A stretch of DNA of 64,000 nucleotides from Balanoglossus misakiensis (lineage: Eukaryota; Animalia; Hemichordata): assembly GCA_040954595.2 (NCBI GenBank), contig CM082588.2, positions 1,043,835 through 1,107,834 on the forward strand, in the 5' to 3' direction. Of this stretch, positions 13,143 to 26,000 are shown piece by piece. A program made the translations under genes and the position numbers. Numbering within the stretch: position 1 is the stretch's first letter; each line of letters starts with the position of its first letter. The notes under the pieces are model-generated. The model saw only the letters and a program-made list of their open reading frames with translations. It was not told where the DNA came from and did no database searches.

Positions 13143-16100
13143 CTAGAAATTGATTGTTTCCTTTAGCTGTTATCATTTAAATTGAAAAGATTGTAGTCTG
13201 GTGGGTAAAGTGAACTTTTTCACATCTTAAAATGTAGAACTGTGTGGTTTATTTACTTTAAAATTGACAACTTATATATAGTATAAACAGGCATTTTTGA
13301 TAACTATTCTCAGAGCAGAATTTATGGTTATTGGTACAGTACAAGGTCACTGTATGATGTGTTGTTTGTACCTGTATGGGATGGAGCAGGATTGAGTTTA
13401 TGGGGAAGTAGGACAGTTCATTGGGGTGAATGGTTTGACAGTGTTGCGTTGAAAGGTCGTGTGTGTCGATTGATATGGGCCAAGGACGGTGGCAGAAACT
13501 TCTACCTCAAATTCTGTGAAATAGTAGTCAATTTGTGTGAAAACAGACCCCATTAGGCGAGGCTTTGCAGTATATAATGCCCAGATTCTGACATGATTAA
13601 TCGCTATTTTTAAGACTAGCCGGGTTTGAATTGTAGGCTTTAAGTAGACATGAGAGCGAGGAGAGTTGAGCGTGTGAGCAACAAACCAGCCTGTCAAGGT
13701 CATATCGACAGACTGAATTGTCGCTGTGCCATGGACACTGTCTGTATTCTAATGCATTCTCTGCCCATACTGATGATATGACTGTGTTCACCAAGTTGAT
13801 TCGTGACGCATGTCGTGTGTATGACCAAAATTTATATTCCAGATTATATGAATGAATATTGGTGACATTTAAATGAATACATTATATCTCTGTTACTTGC
13901 AAATATTGATGTTTTGTGGAGGAAATTATCTGTGTGATAACGTTCAGACTAAAATATGATATTTTGTGTGTAGGGTTAGCATGAACAAAGCAAGACAAGA
14001 GAAGTGCTCTGGCTTCTGACTGAAAATTCAGTGTTGCACATACATGTATAACAAGCAAGGAAATGCCCAGCATTTCAGTATATCTTGCAAAATCATTACT
14101 TATATCAAGAAAAAAAGAACTTCACACGATAGTCACATAGATGCAGCCAAGTTCAAGTGCACTTTCTCACCCTGAAGTGTAGCATTGACATGCTAAGCCA
14201 CAGTGAGGCCTTGATACGACCATGAATGTTTAAGGTCTAATACACCTAGTTCAAGTTCAAGGCAGGAGTCCCTTTTAATTAGAGACGCATGGTTCCGATC
14301 ATGTAGGTTCATTCATTCATTCATTCATTCATTCATTCATTCATTCATTCACTCAGTCACTCACTCACTCACTCACTCACTCACTCACTCACTCACTCAC
14401 TCACCCATTCATTCATCCATTCACCAATTCATCCATTCATTTATTCATTGTTTGATTTATAATGTAACAGCGGGAGGAATGACTTACCAAACTATTGTTG
14501 CCACTCCTCACCCATGACCCGACCTTGTCATCTGACAGAAAGGCAGACATGCAAATGAATATGTTCCAAATTCTCATCACTTCAAAATAGCTAAAAATAT
14601 CTCTTTATTAAAGAAAATCAGAGAATAAAAGCATCACATGTACTTGAAACCATCTTTAGCAATTGACTAGTGATTATGAGGTGTGCTTTTCCCTACAGTG
14701 GTTGCTAGATTATCAAGTTTACTTAACCATAGTGGTAGCTAGACACTGACCAATCATTACCAAGTTTACTTAACCATAGAGGTTGTAAGCCACTAACCAA
14801 TTCCAGTGTAACTTAAACATGCTAGTTACTTTACCAACCATATTACTTGAACTGTGTGGTTGCCTTGCAAACAGTCCAAAGTTTGTACTTTAATTCCCAG
14901 TCAGGGTGGTGATATCTACAGGTTATCAAATATTTATTGTTGCTAAGTTTGTAGGGAATGGATATAAATACTGCCAGCATAGATCTGCATTCAGTCACGC
15001 ACCTCCCAATCATTATTTTTATTCATAAGTAACATCTTTGTCACTGAAAACCAGTACAAGGCCATTTGGAGTTAGTTTCCATAGTGATTCTCTTGGCCCT
15101 GACCTAAATTGTACGTTTGCCATGAGCTCACTTGTCACTGGCCTTCACTGTCCTGCTCAGGTCAGGCTAACTGTATCAGCAGGCAAGTTCAAGGTGATCA
15201 GTGCCTTTTGCTTGAATTCTTTGTTCAACTGCACACAGCAGAGACATTTTTAAATTCCTTTGTTATATTACACATTTCTCTTGTTTTAAGATCATCTCAA
15301 ATTCACATGTAAATTGTCCTTACATCTTTTCATTACATTCTCTAAGTGATCGCTTCAAATAATGGGGAAATTCAAGTAGCTTAGAAGATTCTTCAACAAA
15401 AGACAATTGTATTGTCAACTTTCTGTTGATTGTTACATCAAATACATCAAATTGCACATTACAGGCACCAGCCAGACAGCCAGGCAACACATTCCATGCA
15501 GAAAATATAATCCTTTCAAAATAATTTCTGTTTAAATATAGACGAGTCATTTCAATTCATGGCAGCTGTGTCACCCTGCGTTCATGTTAATTGACAGCCA
15601 GTCTATTGCAGGGGTGTAGTTAAATACAAATGTCTGTAATTAAATGCATGAAAGTTCAAAATGGGGCCATGGAGATTATTTCTAAAAGTAGATTTTTGAA
15701 CAACGAAATGCATAAAAAAAATGGAGAGATGTCTGTTCTTGTGCAGCAGTTGTCTGACACAAGAGTACTATGGTCAAAGTTTAGTTGGACCCACAAAACT
15801 TGACATTGGTAATTTGGTTTGATACAAGGCACATGAATCTAAAACTACTGTAGTAGATGAGGGGAAAAGACACTGTTCACCCTCACATCATTACCAGGGA
15901 CATTTCATGTAATTGTACTTGGCAAAGCATGATGGGTAAAATCCTCCTTGACCTGAAATTGTAATTGTCTCATTTTCCCTCATGATCATCCCAAAATTGC
16001 CACATCCAAATTTCAAATTGTCTCCAAACTTGCAGCAAAAAGAACACAACTTTTCCTGGAAAATGTGTTCTATAAAATCCTAATGTGGACACATTTATCT

Positions 16101-16267
16101 CTGTTTATCCAGGTGATGGCACATGTTATTCCATGAACCTGGAGAGTAACCATACGGAAGAGTATACTGGGTCTGACTGTGATCCTATCTACAGAATATC
16201 GGCTCATGGAAAGTCTCTATATACAGCTTGTAGAGACAAGCATATCAGAAAATATGCTATGAGTTAA
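7256..16267 (+). CDS. PAAF1: Proteasomal ATPase-associated factor 1 (WD40; Rpn14 homologue), 11 exons, ~391 aa
   Basis: Exons 7256-7302, 7647-7687, 7966-8069, 8256-8345, 8449-8550, 8890-9040, 9396-9590, 9697-9788, 9942-10057, 10203-10285, 16113-16267. All introns are GT-AG and the exons sum to 1176 nt in frame. The protein (MAARMIIQCDWDDALR..GHVGDVNCCSFFPSG..SRDGTAKLWDCG..EREIGTEGKILLLAREDG..GTQDGNIY..TGSDCDPIY..CRDKHIRKY) matches vertebrate PAAF1 as I recall it along its whole length. Confidence 0.95.
7818..7940. repeat. Compound trinucleotide microsatellite (TGC)n(TGA)n(TGG)n in PAAF1 intron 2
   Basis: Directly visible. It explains the spurious poly-His/Gln and poly-Ile ORFs on the minus strand. 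Confidence 0.95.
9052..9085. repeat. Poly-G tract (~34 nt) in PAAF1 intron 6
   Basis: Directly visible, 11 nt downstream of the exon 6 donor. Confidence 0.9.
9102..9291. mobile_element. MITE with ~19-bp terminal inverted repeats
   Basis: TAAAGGTATACAGTCACCT (9102-9120) pairs with AGGTGACCGTATACCTTTA (9273-9291), one mismatch. A partial copy in the opposite orientation lies at ~43158-43270. Confidence 0.75.
13054..13140. repeat. (ATC)n microsatellite, ~29 units
   Basis: Directly visible perfect repeat in the last PAAF1 intron. Confidence 0.95.
14308..14447. repeat. Compound tetranucleotide microsatellite (ATTC)n(ACTC)n
   Basis: Directly visible. Confidence 0.9.
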
Positions 16268-17674
16268 ATATGAGCTACATGTATGATTCGTGGATGGGAT
16301 GTCATTATTGATAAATAGCTTGATGTTGCGTGCGAAATTTACCCTGACTGAGTTTGCTCTGTAGCACCCTGACCTCAAATCGAAGTCATCGTGACCTTGA
16401 ACTTCCACAGTGCAAAGATTTCTGTCACCTTATATTCCATTAGGACAAAAGTACAGTCCCTCGAGCTCTTTCACACGGATGGTGACAAAAGCAATGAGGA
16501 GGAGGAGTCAAATAGAATAATCTTTCCTCACTCTTAGTTGAGTATTGCACGTATATGTACAAGTTTTCTCCAAGTGGTATGACTTCTGAAAAAATCCACA
16601 CGAATTTTGTCGATATGAGTTTTAGAAATCCACATACTGATTGTCATAAAGCTATATGGAAAGATTTCTTTCATTTAGCAGAAGATGAATTTCTTATTTT
16701 CGAATATTTTTTTCAGAAAAAAGCTTAGTTTATTGTTATTGATCTTAGTGAATAATTGTTCTATTTAATAAAGATTCATAGGGCAAAGTTGCCCTTGTTG
16801 GCATTATTTTGGTGATTTCTATTTCATGTTCAAAGTTGTTTATGTTATTCTGCTAGCATACTGCCCGCACACTCATGGTAATCTGACAGATAGATGCACT
16901 GATGACATGATTTTGATATGTGATGTCATGTCTAGTTACATAATAGAAAATTCACATGTACCAGTATATTTCAGTTGGGAACATTTACTTCAAAATAACA
17001 AAATATTAGTATTACCAGAAAAGAGCACCTTCTGTCCCAGGATGGAATGATTGTCTGGTTGAATCAATAAATTTATTGACTGGAAGTGTTGATGGTCAGT
17101 TTTCATCGGGAATGCTGCAGGCGACTATTCAAGACAATGGCATTTATAAAAATACAAGTACTTGGAATCAACAAACTGAAATAGCAACCGGATCTGTGAA
17201 CATTCAAGTGAGAGGAATGCTGGACTTTCTATGACAGATGGTTTGCATTCACTCTCACTGTCTATGAATGATTTCCAATACATGAGTCGGGGCCTTAGTT
17301 ACTTCATTTAAATCTTTCTGTTGATGACAATCCAGGCAATATATTGAACTTTTATTTAGTAAACTGATCTATCTCATGTTACAGAGGCTGCTCGCTTGCT
17401 CTAAACATTCAGCAACTTGAAAGGTTTCAATACTGTTCTTTTTCCATATAGACCACATTAATCAATTCCTTGAGGACAATATCATTTTGAGAGCATGATA
17501 TTTCTGATAGCATTGGTTTACCTTCTGCCAAAATGTTGAAATCTTCCTCGAAATCCCCAAAAACTTAAACAGTCTTGGAGTGACAAACTTTCTTCCATTG
17601 TTCACTCCATCATCCACATAGCATCTTCTGAAACAGCCTTTCTCTTCCAGAAAGTAATTAGGCTGTTAACTTAC

Positions 17675-17800
17675 AAAAGCCACCCGCACCCAGGGTATGA
17701 CCTTTCAAGGTCAAGTTCAACTGCTAATATCTCCAGAAAAGCCACCATAGTACCCGGGGTATGACCTTTCAAGGGCAAGTTCAACTATCACCAGAGGTCA
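17675..17800. promoter_or_regulatory. Tandemly duplicated (~63 bp) composite nuclear-receptor half-site module upstream of NR0B
   Basis: AAAAGCCACC...GGGTATGACCTTTCAAGG(T/G)CAAGTTCAACT occurs twice, followed by another AGGTCA at 17795. Regulatory function is inferred. Confidence 0.45.
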
Positions 17801-18225
17801 GAAAAAGTTGCTGAATTTAATTTTAGAAATCTTTGTGTAATAAACCCTTCCAACAAATCTCCCCGGTGCAGGACCTGAAACATGTATACCAATTTTGTAC
17901 AGGTTTGTGTCACCAAAGATGTCACATAGCTGTTACCATGGCAGTGGCTGATGCGTAGGTCTCTATTCAGTGCTGTGGACACAGACATGTGAATGAGGAC
18001 TAATTTTCAGTGTAAGCGCAAATATTGCTTATGAAAATTAGGACATTTTCGTCAAATATTCACATCTGAAATCTTGTGAATTTTCGAGGCCCTCACACCC
18101 TGCTTATCCCTGATTTCACAGGCGTTTCGTTAACTGGCAATTTTGTATACCAGTGGTAGGTGTAATAAATCTCGAAAACAAAAACTTGTACCCGATATCA
18201 GCTGTAAAATAGATAGAGGACCACC

Positions 18226-18540
18226 AGGGGGGGGGGGGTGGGGTGGGGGGTGGTCCCATAGAAACACCATGCGTTTACGTATGTGCCGCCCGACTGCACT
18301 ACCCTGGATGATGGGTCCGCTTTTCATAGAAGTGGGGGAAGTGAATAGGTCTCAGGTTTTAGAAGTTGGTCACGCTTTAATTATATAACCCTGTTTTTCT
18401 TTATTCGCACGAAATCGTACAGCCTGAGATTTAAAAGCGGGTGGGTAGTTAAACTCAAGAGTTTTGTTTGAAAGCGGGTTGAGTTTCAGTCGGAGGAGTT
18501 GGACATCCCTTCCCTGACTGTATTCTTTCTATTGCACCTG
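18226..18540. mobile_element. Probable degenerate non-autonomous interspersed repeat with a G-rich end
   Basis: A G-run is followed by TCCCATAG...GTATGTGCCGC, a terminus style I associate with MITEs of marine invertebrates. The right end is not clearly resolvable. Confidence 0.3.
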
Positions 18541-20080
18541 AAGACTTTCACATCACTAACACAAAAGTTGGCCAGAAAGTTGCTTTATTAACTTCACATT
18601 ACTTTTCAAGGCCCAAACACAGAAGTATGCTGGATTATCTGCCTGGAAAAAGTTAACTTTGCACGGTGGAGTCCCTCTATTTCCTCACAAATACAACACA
18701 TCTTTAAAAACCAAAATCTTCCACGTTCAATTCGTGGGGGATCAATTAATACTGTATGCTTGATTCCGTGTGTGAATAGAAATAATTATTGTTTTGTCAT
18801 GGTCGATGTTTGCGCTTTACGACTTATTTCGACGTATTGTTTCGACATCAATGCCTTTTTCTCTCTCCTTTTTGTCTCCTGTCAACTTTTGATGACGCTA
18901 ATCACATGTAAATTGGTTTCTAGTCAATAGGAGCATGCGCAAGCACTGAAGGACCTTCATTCACCAATATTATCTCACTACTCTGGTAATTCATTTTCCA
19001 GGGCACTGCGCCGCGCTCCAAATTCATACAGCCTCTAGCCAATCAGTATCACCCAAGTGTGATTAACATAAAATATCGACCAATGGAAATGACAGCTAAT
19101 TTTAGCATGTACTGACTGAACTTTTCACCTGTAAAGAAGTATGTCGCTGTCATCATCATAGTCGGGTAAATGTCCATGTGATCGCTCGCGCTTTTTGCCC
19201 AGCTCTGCATACGTACTGCACACAGCCCTGCGGTTATCCGTGGCAGAGTTTCCACAAGCCGGCGTGTGAGTAGACTTGTCAGTTTCAAGCCAACATACAG
19301 GTGATTACGGCACCAGTCTAGTCTCTACTTCGTTCCAGACCTCGTTTTTTTTCCCGGGAAGGGTTTTTAAGAGGTAATTCTAATTTGTCTGTTTAATTTG
19401 CTGTCGACTCACGTTCGGTTCAGTTCTCGCTTGTTATTGCTTGAGTTATCCAACATTACTTCACGATGGTCAGTGTTTCGGAGCGGGCGCCCAGAATTAT
19501 TCCATGCAGAATCAAGTTTTCGTTAACTCTTTGGCAATTATTTTTGTTGGAAGTTCTCTCGCAGAATATTCCGTCAGATATTTTTGTTTTAGATTTTACA
19601 ATTAAAAATGTATATGTTGTTTTGTTTGGACGTAGCATATAAACAAATAACGGTGCAGTTTCTGGTGCGTCGGCGCGTGTGAGTCAGCAACGGACACAGG
19701 CTCAAGGCCGGCCACCAATCACGCAAACTTGTTGGTTTCAACCGGCTGAAATCGACATACGCGACCGAGTCTGCTTGCGCAGCTACGCGGCGTTCGTGTT
19801 CGACGTTCACCGGTAAAAGTAGACTTCGTACCGCACCGTTAATGAGTACACGTACGTACTGTCCAGTGGCTGGGGACGGACACAAGTGTGTTACTTTATC
19901 AATGGTTTGAACTATCAACATAGTTTGGAAACCGCAAATTCAATAAGCCACCACATAGGTCCTCAAAGCGGTTTACGCACATTCTTCGACGGGATTGTAT
20001 TACTTGACCAAAGCCTATTCTGGGCGTGCATTTTTAACTCGAGCAATTTGTCTCCTTTTCTTAAATAGAACTGCAGTGTG

Positions 20081-23000
20081 ATGGATGAACACGAAGATCA
20101 GTCCTGTCAATGCCCGAACAATGAGAAACAACCTGAGCACAGTATACTCTACAGCCTCCTTGCAAGTCCAACATCAGCAGTAACCATGGAAACTAACAGC
20201 ATCGTCCCAGCAGCTGAGAATCCAACATCTCGAAGTGGATTGCAATATAGTCATTTTTCTTCTCATCATCACAACCATCATCACCACCACCATCATCATC
20301 GTCGTCACCATCACCACCATCACCACTGTCATCTTCATCGTTACCAAGCAGCTGCTGAAGTTTCTGTGAAACCACCGGATATAGTGGGACAACAGGAGGC
20401 TGCTCAACTTCTCTTAAAGTCAATGGACTTCATCAAAAATCTGCCTGCTTTCTGGGACTTGAACAGGGAAGATCGTCTGCCCCTGTTTCTCAATAGTTGG
20501 TCGGAGTTACTGATTCTTAAGATGGCTCAAAACAAATTCAAATTTGAAACCGAAGAACAAACATTGGAACAATCTCAGGAGACCGTTGCGGCCAAGGTTC
20601 ACAAGCCTCAGCAAAGTATACCACTTTTGTCCGACATCAAGAAAATCCAGAGTTTTATACGACGATGTCAATTGCTGCAGCTGGATGATAAAGAATATGC
20701 ATATATTCAAGCTATCATATATCTCAACCCAGGTAAGTCCTCTCCTTGTATAATACTGGGTACTCTCTATAAAGATTTGTCGTCAATTTCAAAGTTGTTC
20801 TTGCATTGTGGTAATGAATTGTATGTGGGTCAGTCCAGCAAGGTACTTAAGTGCATGAAGTGTGAAAAATAGTTGGAAAGACAGTTCCTGGTTGTCATGA
20901 ATTTGTAGCCTCTGATGAGGGTTATCGAACAATGTACATTGTCATTGCCGTGACTAGCGAATGGGTCTTGTCAACTACTTTTTCACACGTCATGTGTCTT
21001 TCCTTGCAAGACGAAATTGTGTTTTGGTAGCAGTTTCAGTGACTCCAATCTTTTTTTAATATCCACTAAATTTTATCACGTGTAAAGGGAACATTAAATC
21101 TTGAAGTTTATGGCAACTTTAGTGGTGGTGAATTGTCAGCATACCAGTTTCAGAGATAACGTACTGGTAGAATGATTTTGGCGGTGCCGTAGTTTATTTC
21201 GGTTAAGAAGAACACATCTTTGTCTGGGAGATCTGCTTCCATATTTTATTAAATGTCAAACTGTTGTCATGGAACCTTTTGTTGCCAGTGACGTCATTCT
21301 AACTTTATACTTCCATATAAGGAAAATCTGACCTCCTTGTTGGGGTCAGGTGAGAAAAACCAATAGAGCAGACTACAAATCTGCCGTTTTATCAGTTTTT
21401 GACCAAATAATAAGAATTTTAACATGGCTATTCCCCAATACCTGTCATCATAATGTTTACAAATAATTAGACTGAGATGTAACTCTACCATGAAAATGAT
21501 ACAACATCATAATCAATATTTCAAAAATTTGACTTGGTTTTTATTATCAACTTTTCAAAACTTACCAAAGTACACTTACTTTGTAAAGATGTGATGATAG
21601 TGCAGGGAAGGTCTGATCTAAAAATAGTTGAATAAACAGAGCAAAAACATTAACCCTTGTTCTGTTTGAAACATACATTAAATTTGATCCAGATAATTAA
21701 TAATACAATAATCATGTCAAATTGAACTGAGTTGTGAACATTAATAATTTTTAACTGACATTTCAAAATGTTCACATTGTCTAGTTTCTTTTAAATACTC
21801 CTCTGAATAAAGTTACATTAGATAATGTGATCTCAACATATTTTCTCATATGTTTTTTAAGGGTAATTATCTAATTTAGTAATAGTCATTATTTCCTTAG
21901 CATTATTTAAGTTAACTGTCTGAGCATAGCAGAACATAGACAAATGCGGAATTCTAAGCGAGCTGAACCGGCCACCCCTTCACTAAAATGATACGTTCCA
22001 TGTCTGGTGCATAAATATCTGGCTCCCTTCCACAAAGTATATACACGAATTCAAGGCCGTTCAGCTATACTTTGAAAATGAGGACACGACACACGCTACT
22101 TCCCTCTGACCTGAACGCAAACACCACTCCTTATTTCTGCCTCTGTTCTAATTTCTGGCCGAGCTCCACATGTTTTTGCGGTGTGTACAAACGGATGTTG
22201 GGCAGACACGACTCAGTAATCAGTATTTCCTGAATACAAGGCAAAAATCAAGCAGTGGTATTCACGGGTCATCGTGACCTTGGCATTGACCTTGTTCCTT
22301 GATTCATTAGTTTTGCTGACATTGGGATGGAATTAGTGCTGGTATAGATTTGATAAAAAATCGAATACTAAAACCGAATGGGGTTATTTTATGTTGTACG
22401 GTCATGGATTGTACGCTTTGAGGCCAAGGTCAGAATAGTGCAGTGTTCAATGTAAGGATGTCAAACCATAGAAACGCTCTATGTCATTCAGTGCTGTCCA
22501 ATCATAGCCCTCTATACTTATCAGTTATTCTCAAATGTTGGATCATTTCTTTTTGTGTTGTGACCGATTTGTTTCTCCGAAACCCAGTTTCGTATTTGAA
22601 TAATATGTGGACACAGGAGACAGGATGCTGTAAAAATAACACAAATTGCGGAGGATAAGTACAAAGTGGTGAATGATCGTCAGAATTAATTAACAGTCCA
22701 GCCTCCGCTCATGTAGGGTTGAGTTGAGAGGTTCAAGGAAAAGAACATTAGCATAGTCTACCCCCATTGACTGGTACGGTCACCATGACGTCGGTTACCA
22801 TGACGTCATCGCCGCAATTCAGAGTCCGGGCCGGGTCTGTTCTTCATAGCTTATGCTAAATTCAGATATGTCCTTCTATAAAATTAGACAAAAAAATATA
22901 ATTCGGTTTTCATTAATATATGGCAACAAGTATTGATATCAGTCAACATAGGTGAAGAGGTTCTTCATACCATGTACTGGGCAAGGAACTAGAAATGCCC

Positions 23001-26000
23001 GCTTTGAGTCACAACTGGTAGAATGAAAGACTACTTGAAACACTGCAAAATCAGACAGGGAAACATGCTGCCTGAAAGCAAACAAAGAAACAGTAACGGA
23101 ACAAATCATATATCAAGTGAAAATCCCCAATCCCAAATTCTCAACTTTTGGTAACATTTTACAGTGTTTTATCAATCGATTTATTGTCTGGTCTGCTGGT
23201 AGTTGTCCTTCGTGTGGTGGCCATGGCCCTCAACCGACAACTACTGGTGGTCACCACATTTATATTCCGTGCACATATTCCAAGCAGTAACAGTGAGTTC
23301 AAGAACACTCACCTCAAGGATAGACAGACTGCACTTATAGTGTGCGATTCTGTAAAGGTACATCATAAACTCAAAAAAAGCATTTGTTAACTCTTAAAAA
23401 TACGATATCACATCACAAAGATTTCTTTTCAGATCTGTTTCTCATCCTGTGAGTTAACATGTCAGGATTACGAACATATATGATTGTGCGTCCAATTGAT
23501 GATACCCTTGACATGGGAAGATTTCACCTTCAACGGACATTGATCTTTATAAGGTGACCCCGACCTGACGTAGCCTTTTACATTTAGCAAATGATTCAAG
23601 ATTGATAAAGCAGCAGGATTTTTCATTGTCATACTGGCACAGTTACAGTCTATAATCCTGCTTTGGAGGAAAGTGTATGTTTTTACCCTTGTGATTAAAA
23701 CTTCTTTTGATGGTCATGGTTAGATAATAGGTGTATGATCAATTAATTTCTCTGATGATAAGTTTCTCTCATATTTTAAATGTAGGGTACATATCAAGTT
23801 TGTTTGATGAAAATTACCCAATGTTGTATCAGACATTACTTGGGAGAACATTGATGGATGACAGTGACATGTCCAAAAAAGTTCATTTTGTTAGCAGCTG
23901 TTAACAACAAACATAAACAGCCATTTGCACATAAAAGCAAGCAGATGCATACTGTGTTCAGGTCAAGGTGTTCTGGTTGGTTTTGTCTCTGAGTTGTTAC
24001 CAAGGTAACAACTAGTTCATTGAAACGTGACAGCATCTTTAGTTTTCGTATATATTTAACGCTACACACACCTGTACAATATGTAGATAGTTCTATTATC
24101 CTAAAATTGCCTACAGCATATTGACACCAGTATACCACATTTCATTATCTTTCCAGAACCATTTCATACAAAATTTAATTCAGGGTTATATCGAATATAT
24201 TTGTATATAATCTGCTGGTTCTATATAAGGTCAGTTTGCATGAGACTCCACCTGTACATGGGCTGTTTGCGGATTTGCATTTAAAATAGGCTTGGCTGGG
24301 TTAGAGGGGGTGGTACATGTAGAACGGATTGGTAGCAAATTTCTGTTCAAGGCCAGTCATATAGACAAAGCTCCAACAATAAAAGTACAGATCGCAGCAC
24401 ACACTATTTGACCAAACGGCGCAGATGATGATTGCACATAATGGCCGAAAAATACTCAGCATTGTAAACATTCAGTCCACAAAAAGTCTGCTTTATGCAA
24501 GTCAGTGGAAAAGAAATCCAATTTACTGGTATTAATTCATTCTGATTTATATTTTGTTTCATGAGGTGATTTCGACCACATATACATATTACCCAGTCCT
24601 ACCCGTCTGTAAAATGGTGCGTGCCATTCTTCCAAGGTCATCTCAGTTCAGACTGGGGACATGGACTGTCTCTGCCTCAAATTAAAATCCCCATGATTCA
24701 TAGTCGAGAAAGGTGCCAGATTTTACGACTTCGCATTGAAACCCTCAGTGTCTTTGTAAATGACCAAGGACATTGCTTTCATTCGCCAAGCTGCAGTAAA
24801 ATGCCAAGCTGCAGTGAAATATGCTGATTAATGTCTTGTAATGCAGACATTGCAACAAAGAGATGTGAAGCATATCTTTGCCAGAGGTTTTTGCAACTTA
24901 ACAAAAACTCTCCTTGCACATATTAATTCTTACAGCAATTTCAAGATCAGCTTTTCACAAGATGGAGGTTGTGTCTGATATTAGCATAATAATGCCAAGA
25001 ACACTTCAGTGATAGATGGGCAGACTGATAGGTTGTGTTCTTGAACTCCGCTTTGCTTTTCATCTTTTTATTTTACTCTTAAACACAGTGGTGTGTTGTC
25101 CTGCAACAAGGGCTTTGGTCTTTCATTGTTCAAATATCTATCAGCCATAGTCACCCTGTCAGCGTTGACAGTATCAGGGTTATCCGGTCATGGCAGCGCA
25201 TGCGCTTGTTGAAGGTCACAGGGTCAAGGAAAAACCTACGGCTTGCAATGGATAAACACCAAAGTGGGGCATCCGAATTCCCAAGGACACAACTCAGAGG
25301 TTTTTTATTCAGACGAGTACTTTATTAAATAAATCAAAATTGTTGAATATTTGCTGCAAGTTGTCTAGCTGGCCAGTTATAATTTTTAGGGATTTGTCTC
25401 ACTAGAATGTGACAGATATGTGATAATATCCATTCAACAAATAACTTACATGATCATTTGTGTGCCCTGATAACCTGTGTTCTGTATACTTGCTTAATGT
25501 CTATGACTTTCTGGGTAGAGAATTTTAGCCTGGATGTGCCACAGAACAATTGGTACTGGTAAAAACAATTCAAAAATGGACAAGTCTGGTAACAGTTAAA
25601 TGACCAAATCACTGCTTTGGAAACTTGTGTACATAAAAATCTGATGAGCGCCCCCTTGTGGTCATACATTTGGTTGCTGATTACCCATGATCAGTTTTAT
25701 ACTTTAGTCATACATTTATTCAAACAGATAATGTTGTAGACTCTCAACTTTCAATGGACTTTAATTATTTAAATGGTGTTAAAGGGTTGGGAAGTAATGA
25801 AGTGCATTTTAACTTCCGGGCCTAATAAATTTTAATATTCATCCTTTCTATTAAAAGGAAGTACAAAGTTCATTTGGTAGGGTTTATAGATTTTGTTGAG
25901 GATAATTCTTATGTTAATGTTGGGTAATTTGAGTTGGCGTAGACAGTAAATCACCTTAAAACAGTAAAGTTCAGTCCAGTTGTATTTTTCCTGCAGATAA

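Noticed and set aside
20733-20872. C-terminal extension of the 264-aa ORF as the real NR0B end
   Set aside because: It is read-through past a consensus donor (AG|GTAAGT). The conserved C-terminal helices are in the exon at 28838-29076.
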